This document shows, one piece after another, positions 25,589-40,000 of a stretch of DNA of 64,000 nt (the stretch's first letter is position 1; each line of letters opens with the position of its first letter). The notes beneath the pieces are model-generated. The model was not told the DNA's origin, searched no databases, and saw nothing but the letters and a program-made list of their open reading frames with translations. The DNA is from Octopus vulgaris (Eukaryota). The stretch spans positions 13,454,001 through 13,518,000 of the forward strand of contig OX597840.1 in NCBI GenBank assembly GCA_951406725.2. The letters run 5' to 3'. A program made the translations under genes and the position numbers.

Positions 25589-26630
25589 GTGTTGTTATGT
25601 TCGCCCTCTATAAATCTTTGCGTTACTGAGAAATTTCTAGAGCGAAAAAAACTTCTAAGCACACAACTCTAGACTTGTTTTTTAAAAAGACATCTATAAG
25701 TCCGTCTACGAGTTCTTGTAAATGGGGGATCACGTCTACAAGTGATGTGTGCAAGTCTAGTTCGAGTGAAAGTGATTCAGAAAACGGTTATGATTAAAAT
25801 ATTTTGACATTCTTTTTACATTACATAAAATATTCTTTACATTCAACTGTTGTTTTATTACCATTTACTCACGAGTATTATAGATTTTATAGGTAAACTA
25901 TTTTTCTGGGAACGAATTACGATTTATGACATTGCTACTATGGGAAATTATCGCTCTGCTTTACGAGTTTTCGCTTTATTAGCGGTTTGTGGGAACAGAT
26001 TAACTCGTATATCGAGACATTGCTGTATAAATATTTGGTCTTTCAATAAATAGCAGTAATTGTGGGTGATACAACAGCCTACCCGACTCCTGTGAAATGA
26101 GGACTGCTATAACATGTGGTAGTTTAGCAGTACCATGTTTAATGTGGCACGATTTAATCGTAAATAATCGAAATAAATAAAGTATGATAAAAGTAACATG
26201 TAGGTCAATGAATATATATATATATATATGTGTGTGTGTATGTGTGTGTGTATATATATAGCTATATATATATATCTATATATATATGTGTGTGTGTGTG
26301 GGTGTATATATGTTTGTGTGTGTATATATATATGTATGTGTGTGTATGTATGTATATTTATATGTATGTATTTACATGCATTTATATATATATATATATA
26401 TAATGATAAGAGTAAATAATTTCTATAAAGGCTTTTAAAAAAAAAACCCAATTATTTACTGGTAGAATTCGGTATGTAAATATAGCCGATTACCGGCAGG
26501 AACTTCTGTAAAGTTCAGTATATATATTGTATATAAGAAAAAGGGACAGGCAAAACAGGTTGCTTGACCGCATACCGAAAAAATAGAAATAGCAGTCAAG
26601 CATTCTTGACTGTTTTGCCTGTCCCTTTTT

Positions 26631-26669
<39 letters not shown>

Positions 26670-26730
26670 TCAGCTCACGAGCTGTGGCCATGCTGGCCAC
26701 AGCTCGTGAGCTGAAACTAGAATCAATCAA

Positions 26731-26833
26731 TCAATCATATATATATATATATGCGTATATATATATATATATGCATATATATATATATATATGCATATAT
26801 ATATATATATGCATATATATGCATATATATATA

Positions 26834-26875
<42 letters not shown>

Positions 26876-27038
26876 TATATATATATATATATGCATATAT
26901 ATATATATATGCATATATATATATATATGCATATATATATATATATATGCATGCATATATATATATATATATTGCGTATATATATATATATATGCATATA
27001 TATATATATATATGCGTATATATATATATATATATATA
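26731..27038. repeat. (TA)n / TATGCA microsatellite
   Basis: Direct reading; mirrored by 28712-29120. Confidence 0.97.
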
Positions 27039-27070
27039 TTTATAATAGGATTAGCTCGTATACGAGTAGG

Positions 27071-28707
27071 TATATATTTGTAAAAAATGAAGTTCGAAAA
27101 TGCTGCTGTATTATACAATTTTTAATTTTTATATATACATTATAACATGTTTCAGTTCCTGAAATGAACCTTATCAAAAAAAAGTTATATATAAAAAGAG
27201 ACAGCTCATGCCGTCAAACACAAGAAATTCATTTATAATACACAACGGAGTCAGACATCTTAGAGTTCATGTATAGTTGATATATAGTTTGAAGTATATG
27301 TTCAAAGTGTTCGATGCAGTGGCCCACGGTGGCGATACGTATTCAATACAAAAAACAGATCAAAGTGGTGGAAAGCGGTCAATACAGAAGATTGATGTTT
27401 CCGAAAGAGCGAGGAATTCATTTTTACCTTAAGCAATTGTGATGACCCATGGTGGAAGTTCGCTGGGTGGTTCTAGTGAGAGGCCATACAAAAAATAGCT
27501 TACGTAACAGGATGGCGGTGCATAAATCACAAATTAGAAACCCTGATTACCGCAAAATACCGGTCAGCGGACACATAGATAGATGTGCTGGAAATGTAAA
27601 TCCGAAATTTACAACTAACCCGCTCTACAAATTCAGTGACAACGCAACCTTCACACAACGCCAAAATAAAGAACTATATTTCATAAAAAAATTTAGACCA
27701 AGTTTAAACACCCTGGGCCAGGAATACTAAAACAAAAGATAAGTCCTCCGAAAAGGAGAACAAAATTTCACCACGGCCGCTACTTCAAACAGACACTCAC
27801 TCTGACGGAAATATGCCTTAGTAAAAAAGGAAAAAAATTCTTTCGTGCAAATCTGACCCTGATACATACGATACAGCTAAGGGTCAGACCCGATTCTGAT
27901 TGGTCAACAAGTTGATGACGTCTAGCTCTGCTAGAATGGACAGGATACAAACAGGGGACAGTCATTAGTCAGAATATTGATGACGTCCTTTTCTGCTTGA
28001 ATAGTCACCTAACAAGTACAGACAGGGGGCAGATCTAATGTAGCTATAAGTCGTGATTGGGCAGAATCTGGATGACGTCCCGCTATGCTTGACTAACGAC
28101 GCGACTGGTCAAGACAGGAAACAAACAAGAGGGAGTTATAATGCAGCGATTGGTCAAAATAATGATGACGTCCCGTTCCACTTGATTAAAGCCACCTAAC
28201 GAAACGATTGGTCAAAACATTGATGACGTCACGCTACGCTAGATTGACCACCTAACAGGCATTATAAAACCGAGCATTTCACAAAAACTCACTAGAACCA
28301 CCCAGCGAACTTCCACCATGGGTCATCACAATTGCTTAAGGTAAAAATGAATTCCTCGCTCTTTCGGAAACATCAATCTTCTGTATTGACCGCTTTCCAC
28401 CACTTTGATCTGTTTTTGTATTGAATACGTATCGCCACCGTGGGCCACTGCATCGAACACTTTGAACATATACTTCAAACTATATATCAACTATACATGA
28501 ACTATATATCAACTATACATGAACTCTAAGATGTCTGACTCCGTTGTGTATTATAAATGAATTTCTTGTGTTTGACGGCATGAGCTGTCTCTTTTTATAT
28601 ATAACTTTTTTTTGATAAGGTTCATTTCAGGAACTGAAACATGTTATAATGTATATATAAAAATTAAAAATTGTATAATACAGCAGCATTTTCGAACTTC
28701 ATTTTTT

Positions 28708-28718
<11 letters not shown>
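27071..28718 (+). mobile_element. 5'-truncated Penelope-like element: GIY-YIG endonuclease C-terminal part with inverted pseudo-LTRs
   Basis: ORF 27449-27730 GHTKNSLRNRMAVHKSQIR...HIDRC...RQNKELYFIKKFRPSLN; 27071-27480 is the near reverse complement of 28288-28718; (TA)n on both sides. Confidence 0.88.
27899..28269 (+). promoter_or_regulatory. Array of five ATTGG-N12-TGACGTC (inverted CCAAT plus CRE) modules followed by a TATA box
   Basis: Modules at about 27899, 27964 (ATTAG variant), 28056, 28149 and 28207, all with a 12 nt spacer; TATAAAA at 28263-28269. Confidence 0.65.
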
Positions 28719-28742
<24 letters not shown>

Positions 28743-28805
28743 TATATATATATATATATATGCATTTATATATATGCATATATATATGCATATATATATA
28801 TATAC

Positions 28806-28868
<63 letters not shown>

Positions 28869-28882
28869 TGTATATATATATA

Positions 28883-28936
<54 letters not shown>

Positions 28937-29430
28937 TGTATATATATATGCATGTATATATATATGCATATATATATATATATATATATATATGCATATA
29001 TATATATATGCATATATATATATATGCATGTATATATATATGTATATATATATATATGCATGTATATATATATATGTATATATATATATGCATATATATA
29101 TATATATGCATATATATATAGAGAGAGAGAGAGAGATTGATAAAGATTCCTAACAATGGGCTACATGGAAATAATCATTTACCAGGAATTATTATGTATG
29201 TATGTGTGCGTGTGTTGTGTGTGTGTGTGTGTTGTGTGTGTGTATGTGTGTTATATATGTGTGTGTATTATATATAAATACATGTTATATTTGTGTGCTG
29301 TGTGTGTATATTATATATGTGTGTGCGTTGTGTATGTGTGTGTTCTGTGTGTGTGTTGTGTGTGTGTGTGTGTGTTGTGACGTTTTTATATTATGTGTGT
29401 GTGTGTGTTGTGTGTGTGTATGTGTGTGAC
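28712..29430. repeat. (TA)n/TATGCA then (TG)n microsatellite block
   Basis: Direct reading. Confidence 0.97.
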
Positions 29431-30097
29431 AAACAGACGCCGTCTGACCAGATACTGCGGGCACAGACACATCTATTCACACTCACATACTCACCTCCTG
29501 ATAACCCCAAAATCATTGATGCTTGAAGGGGAGCCATAAACAAAACAAAACTGGGTACTTTTCTCTCAAATCAACATTTCTGCTAAAACGAACAGGTCAG
29601 TAAAAACAAACTCTCGCCTTCAATTCAAAATATTCTGAGATGTATAAAATATTCATTTTAATTTTTTCTGTCAATATTACAAATTTTCTCACCATACTAT
29701 TGCACTTCCTTATGTCTTTAACATGTCCTTTCTACCAAAGACTGTATATATATACATGTAATGTGACAATTTGCAACAACCAATAATTAACGCAACCAAA
29801 TTTCCAATAATATATTTGTTTTATTCTTTTCTGCCAATTTTTCCAAATATTCTCATCACACTGTTGAAATTCTTTATGCCCTTAACATATCTCTGTTACC
29901 AAACACTATATTTATACATGTAATGTGACAATTATGTAAAAAAACTTTTTTGAATTCATAATATTCAATGTGGCAATTATGTAAAAAACTTTTTTGAATT
30001 CATAATATTCAATGTTACTTTTGACAATCTTTTACCAAAGAGTGAAACCGGTTAAGTAAATAAACATCTTTTAAATTGCATTTTCAAACCTTCTTTC

Positions 30098-30159
<62 letters not shown>

Positions 30160-30646
30160 ATAAACACACACACACACACACACACACTCACACACTCACG
30201 CATATTCCTTCTTCAGATATTCTCAGATGGAATCACTGCTATAATCGGCTTTCTAAGACGTTAGAAAACACATCCACACACATACACACATATATAGAGA
30301 GAGATATACGCACCTACATAATCACACACACACACACACACACACATACACCCACCCACCCACACACACTCACACACACATTCCCACTCTTAAGAAATTA
30401 TTACACACACACACACGCACACATACACACACGTTCACTTTAAACATACTTCGAAGTTACACACAACCCCAAAAGACCAATAAAGAACTTGCTTGCTTGC
30501 ATAGTCATAATTTTGGCAATGTAGGATAAAGAATGATCTGAAAATATTTTGAAAGTTTCACGTTTCGTTTTATTTCTACTTTCAGTCCTCGTTTGAACAA
30601 AGAAGATCTGTCAAAGTTAAACTGGTTTAATAAAATCAAAACAAAG

Positions 30647-30796
30647 ATGGTATTTATAACAGACGGTACCCTAATGACATGGGAAGAAATTTTACCCCAC
30701 ATTTCAAATGTCAAGAAACAAGGAACGATGCAGTTTCTTTACCAGTATAAGAAATATAAAGACGAAAAGAATTATCCATTTTACTGGGGCGATGAG
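30647..30796 (+). CDS. GCLC: GCLC-like coding exon 1
   Basis: MVFITDGTLMTWEEILPHISNVKKQGTMQFLYQYKKYKDEKNYPFYWGDE, donor GTAAGT, phase 0. An acceptor tttcAG at 30585 suggests an upstream UTR exon. Confidence 0.93.
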
Positions 30797-31447
30797 GTAA
30801 GTACAACGCACGATAAAAACTTGCATGAAAATAGAGAGGGGGGGAAGGAGAAAGGGCACTTGCTGATTTTAATTAAGATCAATGGCCAAGCGTGGCCACG
30901 TGGTAAGAAGTATGCTTCCTAATCACGTGGTACCGGGTTCATTTCCACGCTGAGGCAGTTTGCGCACTGAGACGTTCTGCTAAAGCCTCGGGTCGACTAA
31001 AACCATGTTGGTGAGAGGATTTGTGAGAGGGAAACTGAAAGAAGCCTGTCGCATATATATATATTGTGTGTGTGTATATATACCTTTCTTTCCTTCCTTG
31101 AGCGTCTGCTAATATTTTGCATGTACCACGTCCTCGCGCTATCGTTTTTTCTTGTGTTTTTTCTTCGTTTCTTTTTTTGTGGTGGGGAGATATGATTATA
31201 TATGTGGAGCCACAATGGCCCAATGGTTAGGGCAGCGGACTCGCGGTCGTAGGAATTTCCGTCTACCAAATCCATTCTCGGGCTTTGGTTGGTCTGAGGC
31301 TCTAGAAGACACTTACCCAAGTAGGGAACATGCAGTGGGACTGAACCCGGAACCATGTGATTGTGAAGTAACCCTTTTACGGCACAGGTACGCCTGCGCC
31401 TATATATATATATATATTTGAGTTGCCTAATAGTGGTTTTATCTCTA

Positions 31448-31512
<65 letters not shown>

Positions 31513-31894
31513 AATTGAGATAGGGGTTGTAAATGCAACCCTCTATGGGATAACGTATATCCAATATACTACTAGTGAAGTACCCAACAAAGTTAATACA
31601 TAAATGTTAATGATTGCGATGCAATCAATTCATTTACTGTATTATATGGGCAAAGGTAAAATGACTTACCACAAATTACTAATACAAGATAAGAAAATGG
31701 AGAAACACATCTAAATCAAATATCAATTACCAGATAATACTCAATCACATACTTTATTAAACCACCACATAAGAGACTTCTGCTTTTTATATTTAACCCT
31801 ACAGTCTCTTATGTGGTGGTTTAATAAAGTATGTGATTGAGTTTTATCTGGTAATTGATATTTGATTTAAATGTGTTTCTCCATTTTCTTATCT

Positions 31895-31978
<84 letters not shown>

Positions 31979-34900
31979 ATGTATACATATATTTAGAAAA
32001 CCTAAGCTGTGGAAATTATAAGAGCGTTAACATATTTCTTTTCTACTTTTGGTAAGCAGGATTGCATTTCTATTGTTTAGAAATTTCTCTGTGATTTCTT
32101 TTCAGACTGAATATTCTTTAATACGGTTTGACCACGAAGAACGAGTTGTCCAGTTACCTTTGACTTCCACGTCTTTCTTTGAATCCCCTCAAGTACAAGC
32201 ATTAGAATCAAGGTGAGTGTCATTATCTGTATCAAATGTGAAATGGTCTTTCATAAACCCAACATATGTACAGTTCTATATTTAAGAAATGAGGAATTAT
32301 GTACATTATATACATTCGACGGATATTTGTCCTCATCTTGTTTGTTGTTAACGTTTCGACTTCTTTAGGTGTCTTGGGGAAATTTCGAACCTGGTTCTCA
32401 TTCCTACCGTATTTTTCGATGTTATTATTATTATTATTGTTCAGGTCACTGCTTGGAATCGAACTCGGAATCTTGGGGTTAATAGCCTGCGCTCTTAACT
32501 ACTACGCCATATGCCCGTGGCCATATGGCTACCTATTGGAATCGTTTAGCATCGCTCGTTCGATCCGTCAAAGATGTCCTCTCTCACCTCTTCTGTACGT
32601 ACTGGTTCCCGAGCCATTGCTGCGGTTACCTGTATATTTCCAGGGGCATCCCGCGTGATCTAGGATGTGAAAGGTTCGTGTCGGCTTACGGGGACGACGT
32701 CACCATAATAGTGTCGGACATCTGAGAAATCAAAATGGTCGGCACTGCTCCAAGGGAGTACGAAGCGGTGGCCAGAGAAAAAAAATCACCCAGGGCAAGT
32801 CGGTGGGTCTGCAGCTCCGCACCTCGAGAGGAAGGTCCATGCCAACCGGCAGCGTTGTAGGGCGCTGGACAGAAGGACCGGTTAAATCGCTCGGGGTCTG
32901 GTTTGGTCCCGGTAGCACTGCCAGGCTAGGGATTTCTGAAAGTTATCCATAGGCCCGGGCCTGAAAGTTCTCCGGAAAAGATCTGTCTTTACGTTCTGAG
33001 TTCAAACTCCGCCAAGGTTGACTTGGTCTTTTATCCTTCCAGGGTCAATGAAATAACTACCAGTTGAACTCTGGGGTTGATGAATCCGACTTGCACCCTT
33101 CCCCGAACCTGATGGCTTTGTGCCAAACTTTGAAAGCGGTGTTGTTGACGTTGTAGCGATGGCTCATAAGTGGAAGCCGCTGCATTTCGTGTTCTGCTGC
33201 CGAGTATCCTCTCTGGTGTGTTATCCAGTTCTTACTCTCCCAGTATAGGGTGATCGATAGGATCCAAACCTGGGCAGAATAGTATGAAAGACAGATTGTT
33301 GTCCACACAGCTTGTCCCAGTCTCCGGGAGGACAAGCTGCACGGTTATACACAACATCGAACTGCTTCAGCGGCTCCGACTCCGACCAACCCAACATTAG
33401 GATGATAAGTCAGAAACTGTCATTCTTGCATATTTTGGACGAGTGTTTAACTTTTGGGAAACATTCGTTGAGGAATGACGACGTCATTTGAAGATTTTTT
33501 TCCAACACAAGCAAACAGAATCAGCTCTCCCATGTATGGGTTTCTAAATTTAATATTATTCATAATTGTATTTTTATTGATTGAACAAATTTCTGATAAC
33601 TAGTTTGGTAAACATAATCTCATTTTTTAATACCGAAATATCAAAGTCTATGGACCCCAGAATATGCCGAATTTATGATGGAAGGCAAACCCAGAAATCC
33701 ATTTGGTACTGCCATCACCGATTTGAATCGTACAGAAGAACATTTTATAGAAAGGTAACCATAATACTTTGAATTTGCTTTACTTTTTTTTTATCTTTTA
33801 CTTGTTTCAGTCATTTGACTGCGGCCATGCTGGGCCACCACCTTGAAAGGTTTTAGTCGAACAAATCGATCCCAAGACTCTTTTGGGTATGAGCTTATCT
33901 CCTAAGATTTTGTTTAAACTAGAGGCACAACTAAAAGATTCTTAAGGTATGTCTATCAAATATTTCTCTGTAACCACGCAGTTGAGGAAAGTGTTTATTG
34001 ACTAAACTTAGATCTTACCGACACAAATTTTTACGTTCAGGGAGGAGGGTTGAACCACAAAACATTGCGGTAACGTTTGCTCTTGATTGGGGTTTGAGTT
34101 GGGTGTATAACTAATCTTATCCTTAGATCTATTCGCTGCCAGTTTCTTGTACTACGGAACCACGGCGTCGAAATTCTCTTTACTCGATGTGTGCGTGTGC
34201 GTGTGGCTTACGCACACGCACGCACGCACACACACACACATACACACACACACACACCTCTACACAGTTTCCGTCAATTTAGTTTTCACTAAGAATGCGT
34301 TGGTGAAGCCGAGGTTATAGCAGGAAATACCTAAAGTTCCATGTAGTAATATCAAACTTGGACCCACGTAATTTTGAAACGAATTTCTTAACCATAAAGC
34401 CATGGTTTAACTCAGTGGACCTCAACCGGGGTCCATCTAATATTTAATAAAAATACTTAAAGATTTTTTTATAGCATTGAATAACTATGAGGGTCTAGGA
34501 GAGTAAAAGAGGTTCTTGGGGGGAAAAAAACGGTTGAGAACCACTGGTTTAAGCCAAATTCAGACCCCTCCAGCCACTGATGTATATGAAATATACAGGA
34601 TGGTCATAGTTGGAACGTTATTGATCACAAGTCTGCTCTTCAACTAAGCAACAACCACAATATACTAATTTTTTTCCTGTTCTAAAATTTTATTTCCTTA
34701 TTTTTTATTGCTTTTTGTTGTTACTTCCTACGTATTGAAATGTATGAAATGTCTTTTGTCCAGTTTCGTGATGCTAACATCAAGAATCCATTTTGTTTAT
34801 ATTTTAGACGCAAAGCGATCAAGCAATTCTTGGGCCCAAATGAAAGTTTAGTGTCTTTGACAGCTTTTCCCAGGTGTGTGAAATCTTGGAACTAATGTTT

Positions 34901-36970
34901 ATTGGTTCCATTTTGTTAAATTTTTGGTTTTGAATGTAAATATTTTTGTGCTTTTATGGCAATATTTATGAGCTTTCAGAATCGTTAGCATATCGGAAAA
35001 AATGCTTAGCAACATTTCTACCGGCTTTTTTTCCGTTCACATCTTGCTGAAATAAATTTTGCTTTTCCTACCTCCTCCTTGAGGTCGATAAATTAAAGTA
35101 CCAGTAAAATAATGGGTTCAATGTAATCTACTAAACCTCTCCACTTAAAATTATCGGACAAATTTAGAAACATTGGGGTTTTTTTCAGATTTAATTTCTG
35201 TACGTTTTTATATGAATGTATTTGTGGGGTTTTTTTCTGTAAATATTTAAGATTTTACGGTAATGGGTCTCAATTAAATAATTATGTCTTTAAGTAAATA
35301 TTTAGTATTTTTGTTACCTATGTTTTTTATGTGAATATTTGAGTGATTTTTATTTCAATGTGTGTGTGTGTGTAAAATATAGTTCGTTGGTTTGTGTCAA
35401 ACCAGAGGAATGCTCAATATTTGTTTTAAAGAACTATGACTTTTATTGAAACTGAAACTTAGAGTTTGTCTCGCGACTCTAACTTCATGCCACTGCGTTC
35501 TCGCCTAAAGATCGCAGTCGCGTGAAACTTGACTGACAGTTTCAATAAAAGATACATATGAAATAGTGTCCAGTAGAGCTGTTGCAAAAGTTTGCCTCCT
35601 TGGCATAGCCAGAATTACCAGAATAGTACCAGATAGTTGAAGAGAACAAGTTGCACGGTACTTAAGGCTATAGGCGGCAAACCCGCTACTCATGCAAGAT
35701 TTCAGGAGTTCCAACAAACCGTAAATTAAAAGAAATAATAATGTATTTTATTTGGCATTATAGTGGATGGGTGATGGTAGTGTTACGTAGACAGGTTACA
35801 AAACCGTCTGGTGTTTTACAAAGAAATCGGATAAAGGAAAGGGGGGAAATGACATTAATTATAAATGCATTTCATAAGTTACAACTTTGTTTTTCTATTT
35901 CAGGTTGGGCTGTCCTAATTTCAGTTTCCCTTCCTATGAGGTAAACAAGCATCCAACAGAATTTTACAAATCTGTTTTCGTACCAGATGGTGCACTGTCT
36001 TCCCGGCTTCCTTTATTTCTGTGAGTCATTGTTCTTCTTTTTGCAATTCATTAGCGCTTTCCTATGTTAAGGTGTATTAGATGGTTGAATTTCCTCCAAG
36101 CTGAAAAGCCACAATCTGTGCAGACTTTTAGACTAGCACCGGGCTAATTAGGCATGTGGCCCCAAACAAAACAGAGCTAAATACCATAACTACAATACGT
36201 CTGTAATGACTATGTGCCTCAGTGGTGTTTGATCAGAGGTTAAGGATGGATGAGAATTAATTCTGTAATGCAATCATTCTATTGTTCCAGTCCCAAGTTG
36301 AATTCCAGCTGTTGGTCAATTTGTCTCAAAGTTCTTATCTCGACGTAAAATTAACGAAGCGAATGTCATTTATCTCCCCTTGATCTCTGACCTCATCTGA
36401 CAAACACCAAATAGGATGGCGTAAATCAACCAAGCTAGAAATAGCAACCCAAATGCTTTTAAATCAGATCCCAATGCTGGATGTTCAAGAACCAAATGAA
36501 GGACAGGTTTTTCTTCCCGGGATCATTCTTATTCCAAAAATATATAATATATCTATGTAGAGCAAATGTAGACCGAAATACAGGAGTCCTGTCGTGTATT
36601 TGCGCGCGCGTGTGAGTGCGTGAATGTTCTCCAGCACTGCTTGGCAACCGGTGTCGGTGTGTTTATGACCCCCGAAACTTATCGGTTCCGCATAAGAATA
36701 AGTACAGGGTTCCATTCATTCGACTGAAATTTCTTCAAGGCTGTGCCCCAGCATGGCCGCAGTCTAATGACTGAAACAAATAAATGTAAAAGATATGTAT
36801 ATATGTATATTTTTTATTATTCTTTTACCTTTAGTCGAACAAATCGACCCTACAACTTATTCTTTGTAAGCCAAGTACTTATTCTGCCGGTGACTTTTGC
36901 TGAACCGCTTGGTTATAGGAACGTAACCACACCAACATCGGTTGCCGAGTGACGGTAGAGAAACACACAA

Positions 36971-37003
<33 letters not shown>

Positions 37004-40000
37004 CACGATAGGCTTCTTTCGGTTTCCGTCTACCAAATCCACTCACAAGGCTTTGGTCGGCCCGAGACTAAAGTAGAAGACGCTTGCCCAAGGTGCCACG
37101 CAGTGGGACTGAACCCGGAACCATGTGGTTAGTAAGCAAGCTACTTACCATTCTGCTACTTCTGCGCCTTTTCACTTTACTTGTTTCAGTCATTGGACTT
37201 TGGCCATGCTGGGGCATCGCCTTGAAGTTTCCGCATTCAAATGAATCGTCTCTAGTACTTTATTTAAGCCCGGTTCGCTTTGTCAAACCGCTAAGTTACG
37301 AGGTCATAAGCAAACCAACACTGGTTGTCAAGGGGTGGTGATGGACAACTACACACACACACACACACACACACGACAAGTTTCCTTTCAATTTCCTTCT
37401 ACGACACCCAGCCACAAGGTTTTGGTCGGCCCAGGGCACTAATAAAAGACACTTGCCCAAGGTGCCACACAACAGGAACTGAATCCAGAACCATAAGGTT
37501 GGAAAGCAACTTTTTACTGACCCTATAAACTCTGTGTATAAGACACCTGTTGAGTACTGTAGTGAACTGTAGTCGTCTAAGCTTTGTATTTGAGAATATC
37601 CAAACTATTTCTTTTATATATTAGCAAGATCAAAGATTAAGGAATCTTGTCTTGTATCATTGAATGAAGGGAAGTTTCAGGGTGGCGTTGGCATCAAGAT
37701 TTTTCGGCTTAAATCCACGCAATATACTGTGTTTATGGAGAGAAAAATATTGAAAAACATCAAAACGTCAGAGTGACATATAAACGAGGGCAGTATGAGG
37801 TGATCATGAGATGTGCTAAAAATAGCAGCTAAATACACATTAAAAAAACACAATTTTAATTTTTATTTTATTTTATTTTATTTTATTTTGCTTTTTGTTT
37901 CGGTTTTGCATGGTCGTATGATTTCCTGTGTGTAGAACACAAATTGGCGAAAAGTGTTCTAAAAATTCCAGAAAATAAAATGTTATGAGGGGTTTTATAC
38001 TGTGCTTAAAGTATCGGGTTGTCCGAAAAGTTCGTGCCGATTTATAGTAGCTTACCTTTCGACTTATTTTAGAACACAGTTGAGTCCATAATATAGGACT
38101 TCACCTCCATTTAGAGCACAGTTTAAGCTATTTTTTCGTGGAAGAAGGTTTATGTTCTGTGTTAATTAACCTGTGTTAATTCTGTAACGTGAGGGCGCGT
38201 GGCTTAGTGGTTAGGGCATTCGGCTCATGATCGTAAGGTTGTGAGTTCGATTCCCGGCGACGCGTTGTGTCCTTGAGCAAGACACTTTATTTCACGTTGC
38301 TCCAGTCCACTCAGCTGGCAAAAATAAGTTGTACTTGTATTTCAAAGGGTCAGCCTTGTCACTCTCTGTGTCACGCTGATTATCCCCGAGAACTACGTTA
38401 AGGGTACATGTGTCTGTGGAATGCTCAGCCATTTGCACGTTAATTTCACGAGCAAGCTGTTCCGTTGATCATACCAGCTGGGACCCTCGTCGTCGTAACC
38501 GGCGGAGTCTTTTTTTAAATTCTGTAACCCTTTAAAATGGAAGATAAGAAAGTTCATTTTCGGCACTTGATGCTTTGGGAACCAGACAAAAATTGCTGCA
38601 GCTTGGCTGGGATGTGTTACCCCACCCTCCATATTCACCAGATATTGCTCCTTCGGATTTCCACTTATTCAGGTCTCTGCAGAATAGTCTTAATGGTAAA
38701 AATTTCAATTCCTTGGATGACGTAAAAAGATACCTTGATGAATTCTTTGCCATGAAATCACCTCAATTGTGGGAAGAGGGTATTTTCAAGTTAAAGGAAA
38801 GATGGCGACGCACTGTGCAACAAAATGGTTCATATTTGGTTGATTAAAAATGTAATGGCAAGTATTTATTGACCCTTTTCCTTTCCTTTAAAAATCGGCA
38901 CGAACTTTCTGGACAACCCAATAGAATTCCTCCAATATGATTATGCATAAACTATAATCGTTAAAACAGTCAAATCCTCAGGAATAAACTGTTTTGAATT
39001 TTCCTTTTCAAGAAACATGAGGGAAAATTTTACGACCAGAAAGGAAGAAAGAATTTCTATCAATGTGCCAAGTAAGTATATCAGCTATCAAATCTTTTAT
39101 CTTGTTTTAGTCGTTAGATCGCGACCGTGCCCGTCTTATATATGTACATATATATACACGTCTGTGTTTGTGTATGTGTGTGTCTTCATGTCCCTATTTG
39201 TCCTTACTACCGTTCGGCAAAAGAAACCGATAGAATAAGTACTAAGTATTAAAAGAAAGTCATGGAGTCGATTTGTTCGACCAAAACCCTTCAAGGCGGT
39301 GCTCCAGCATGGCCTCAGTCAAATAACCGAAACAAGTCAAAAATAAAAAAGATAGATATTAAACATTTTTCTAAACTTATTTCTTTATTGCTCAGAGGGG
39401 GCTAAATATAGAGAGGACAAACAAGGACAGACAAAGGGATTAAGTCGATTACATCGACATCAGTGCGTAACTGGTACTTATTTAATCGACCCCGAAAGGA
39501 TGAAAGGTAAAGTCGACCTCGGCGGAATTTGAACTCAGAACGCAGCGGCAGACGAAATACCTATTTCTTTACTACCCACAAGGGGCTAAACACAGAGGGG
39601 ACAAACAAGGACAGATAAACGAATTAAGTCGATTATATCGACCCCAGTGCGTAACTGGTACTTAATTTATCGACCCTGAAAGGATGAAAGGCAAAGTCGA
39701 CCTCGGTGGAATTTGAACTCAGAACGTAACGGCAGACGAAATACGGCTACGCATTTCGCCCGGCGTGTTAACGTTTCTGCCACCATTTTTCTAAACTAAA
39801 ACAATGAAAGTCAACAATAAAAGACATTAGTAATTAAAGTGAATGGTTAGTATTTATCTACTTTGTATTTAAACATCTCGGGGTTAGGACCCCTTCTTCA
39901 GGAAATCTTCAGAGAAATTAGCTCACGGGACCATTTCTCCAAAGATTTCCTGAAGAAGGAGTCCTAATCCCGAGATACTGAAATACAACAAAAGAGTACT

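Noticed and set aside
26107-29526. Many ORFs rich in IY, HT or CV
   Set aside because: Translations of (TA)n and (TG)n microsatellites, not genes; the same applies to 4864-5150 and 52987-53664.
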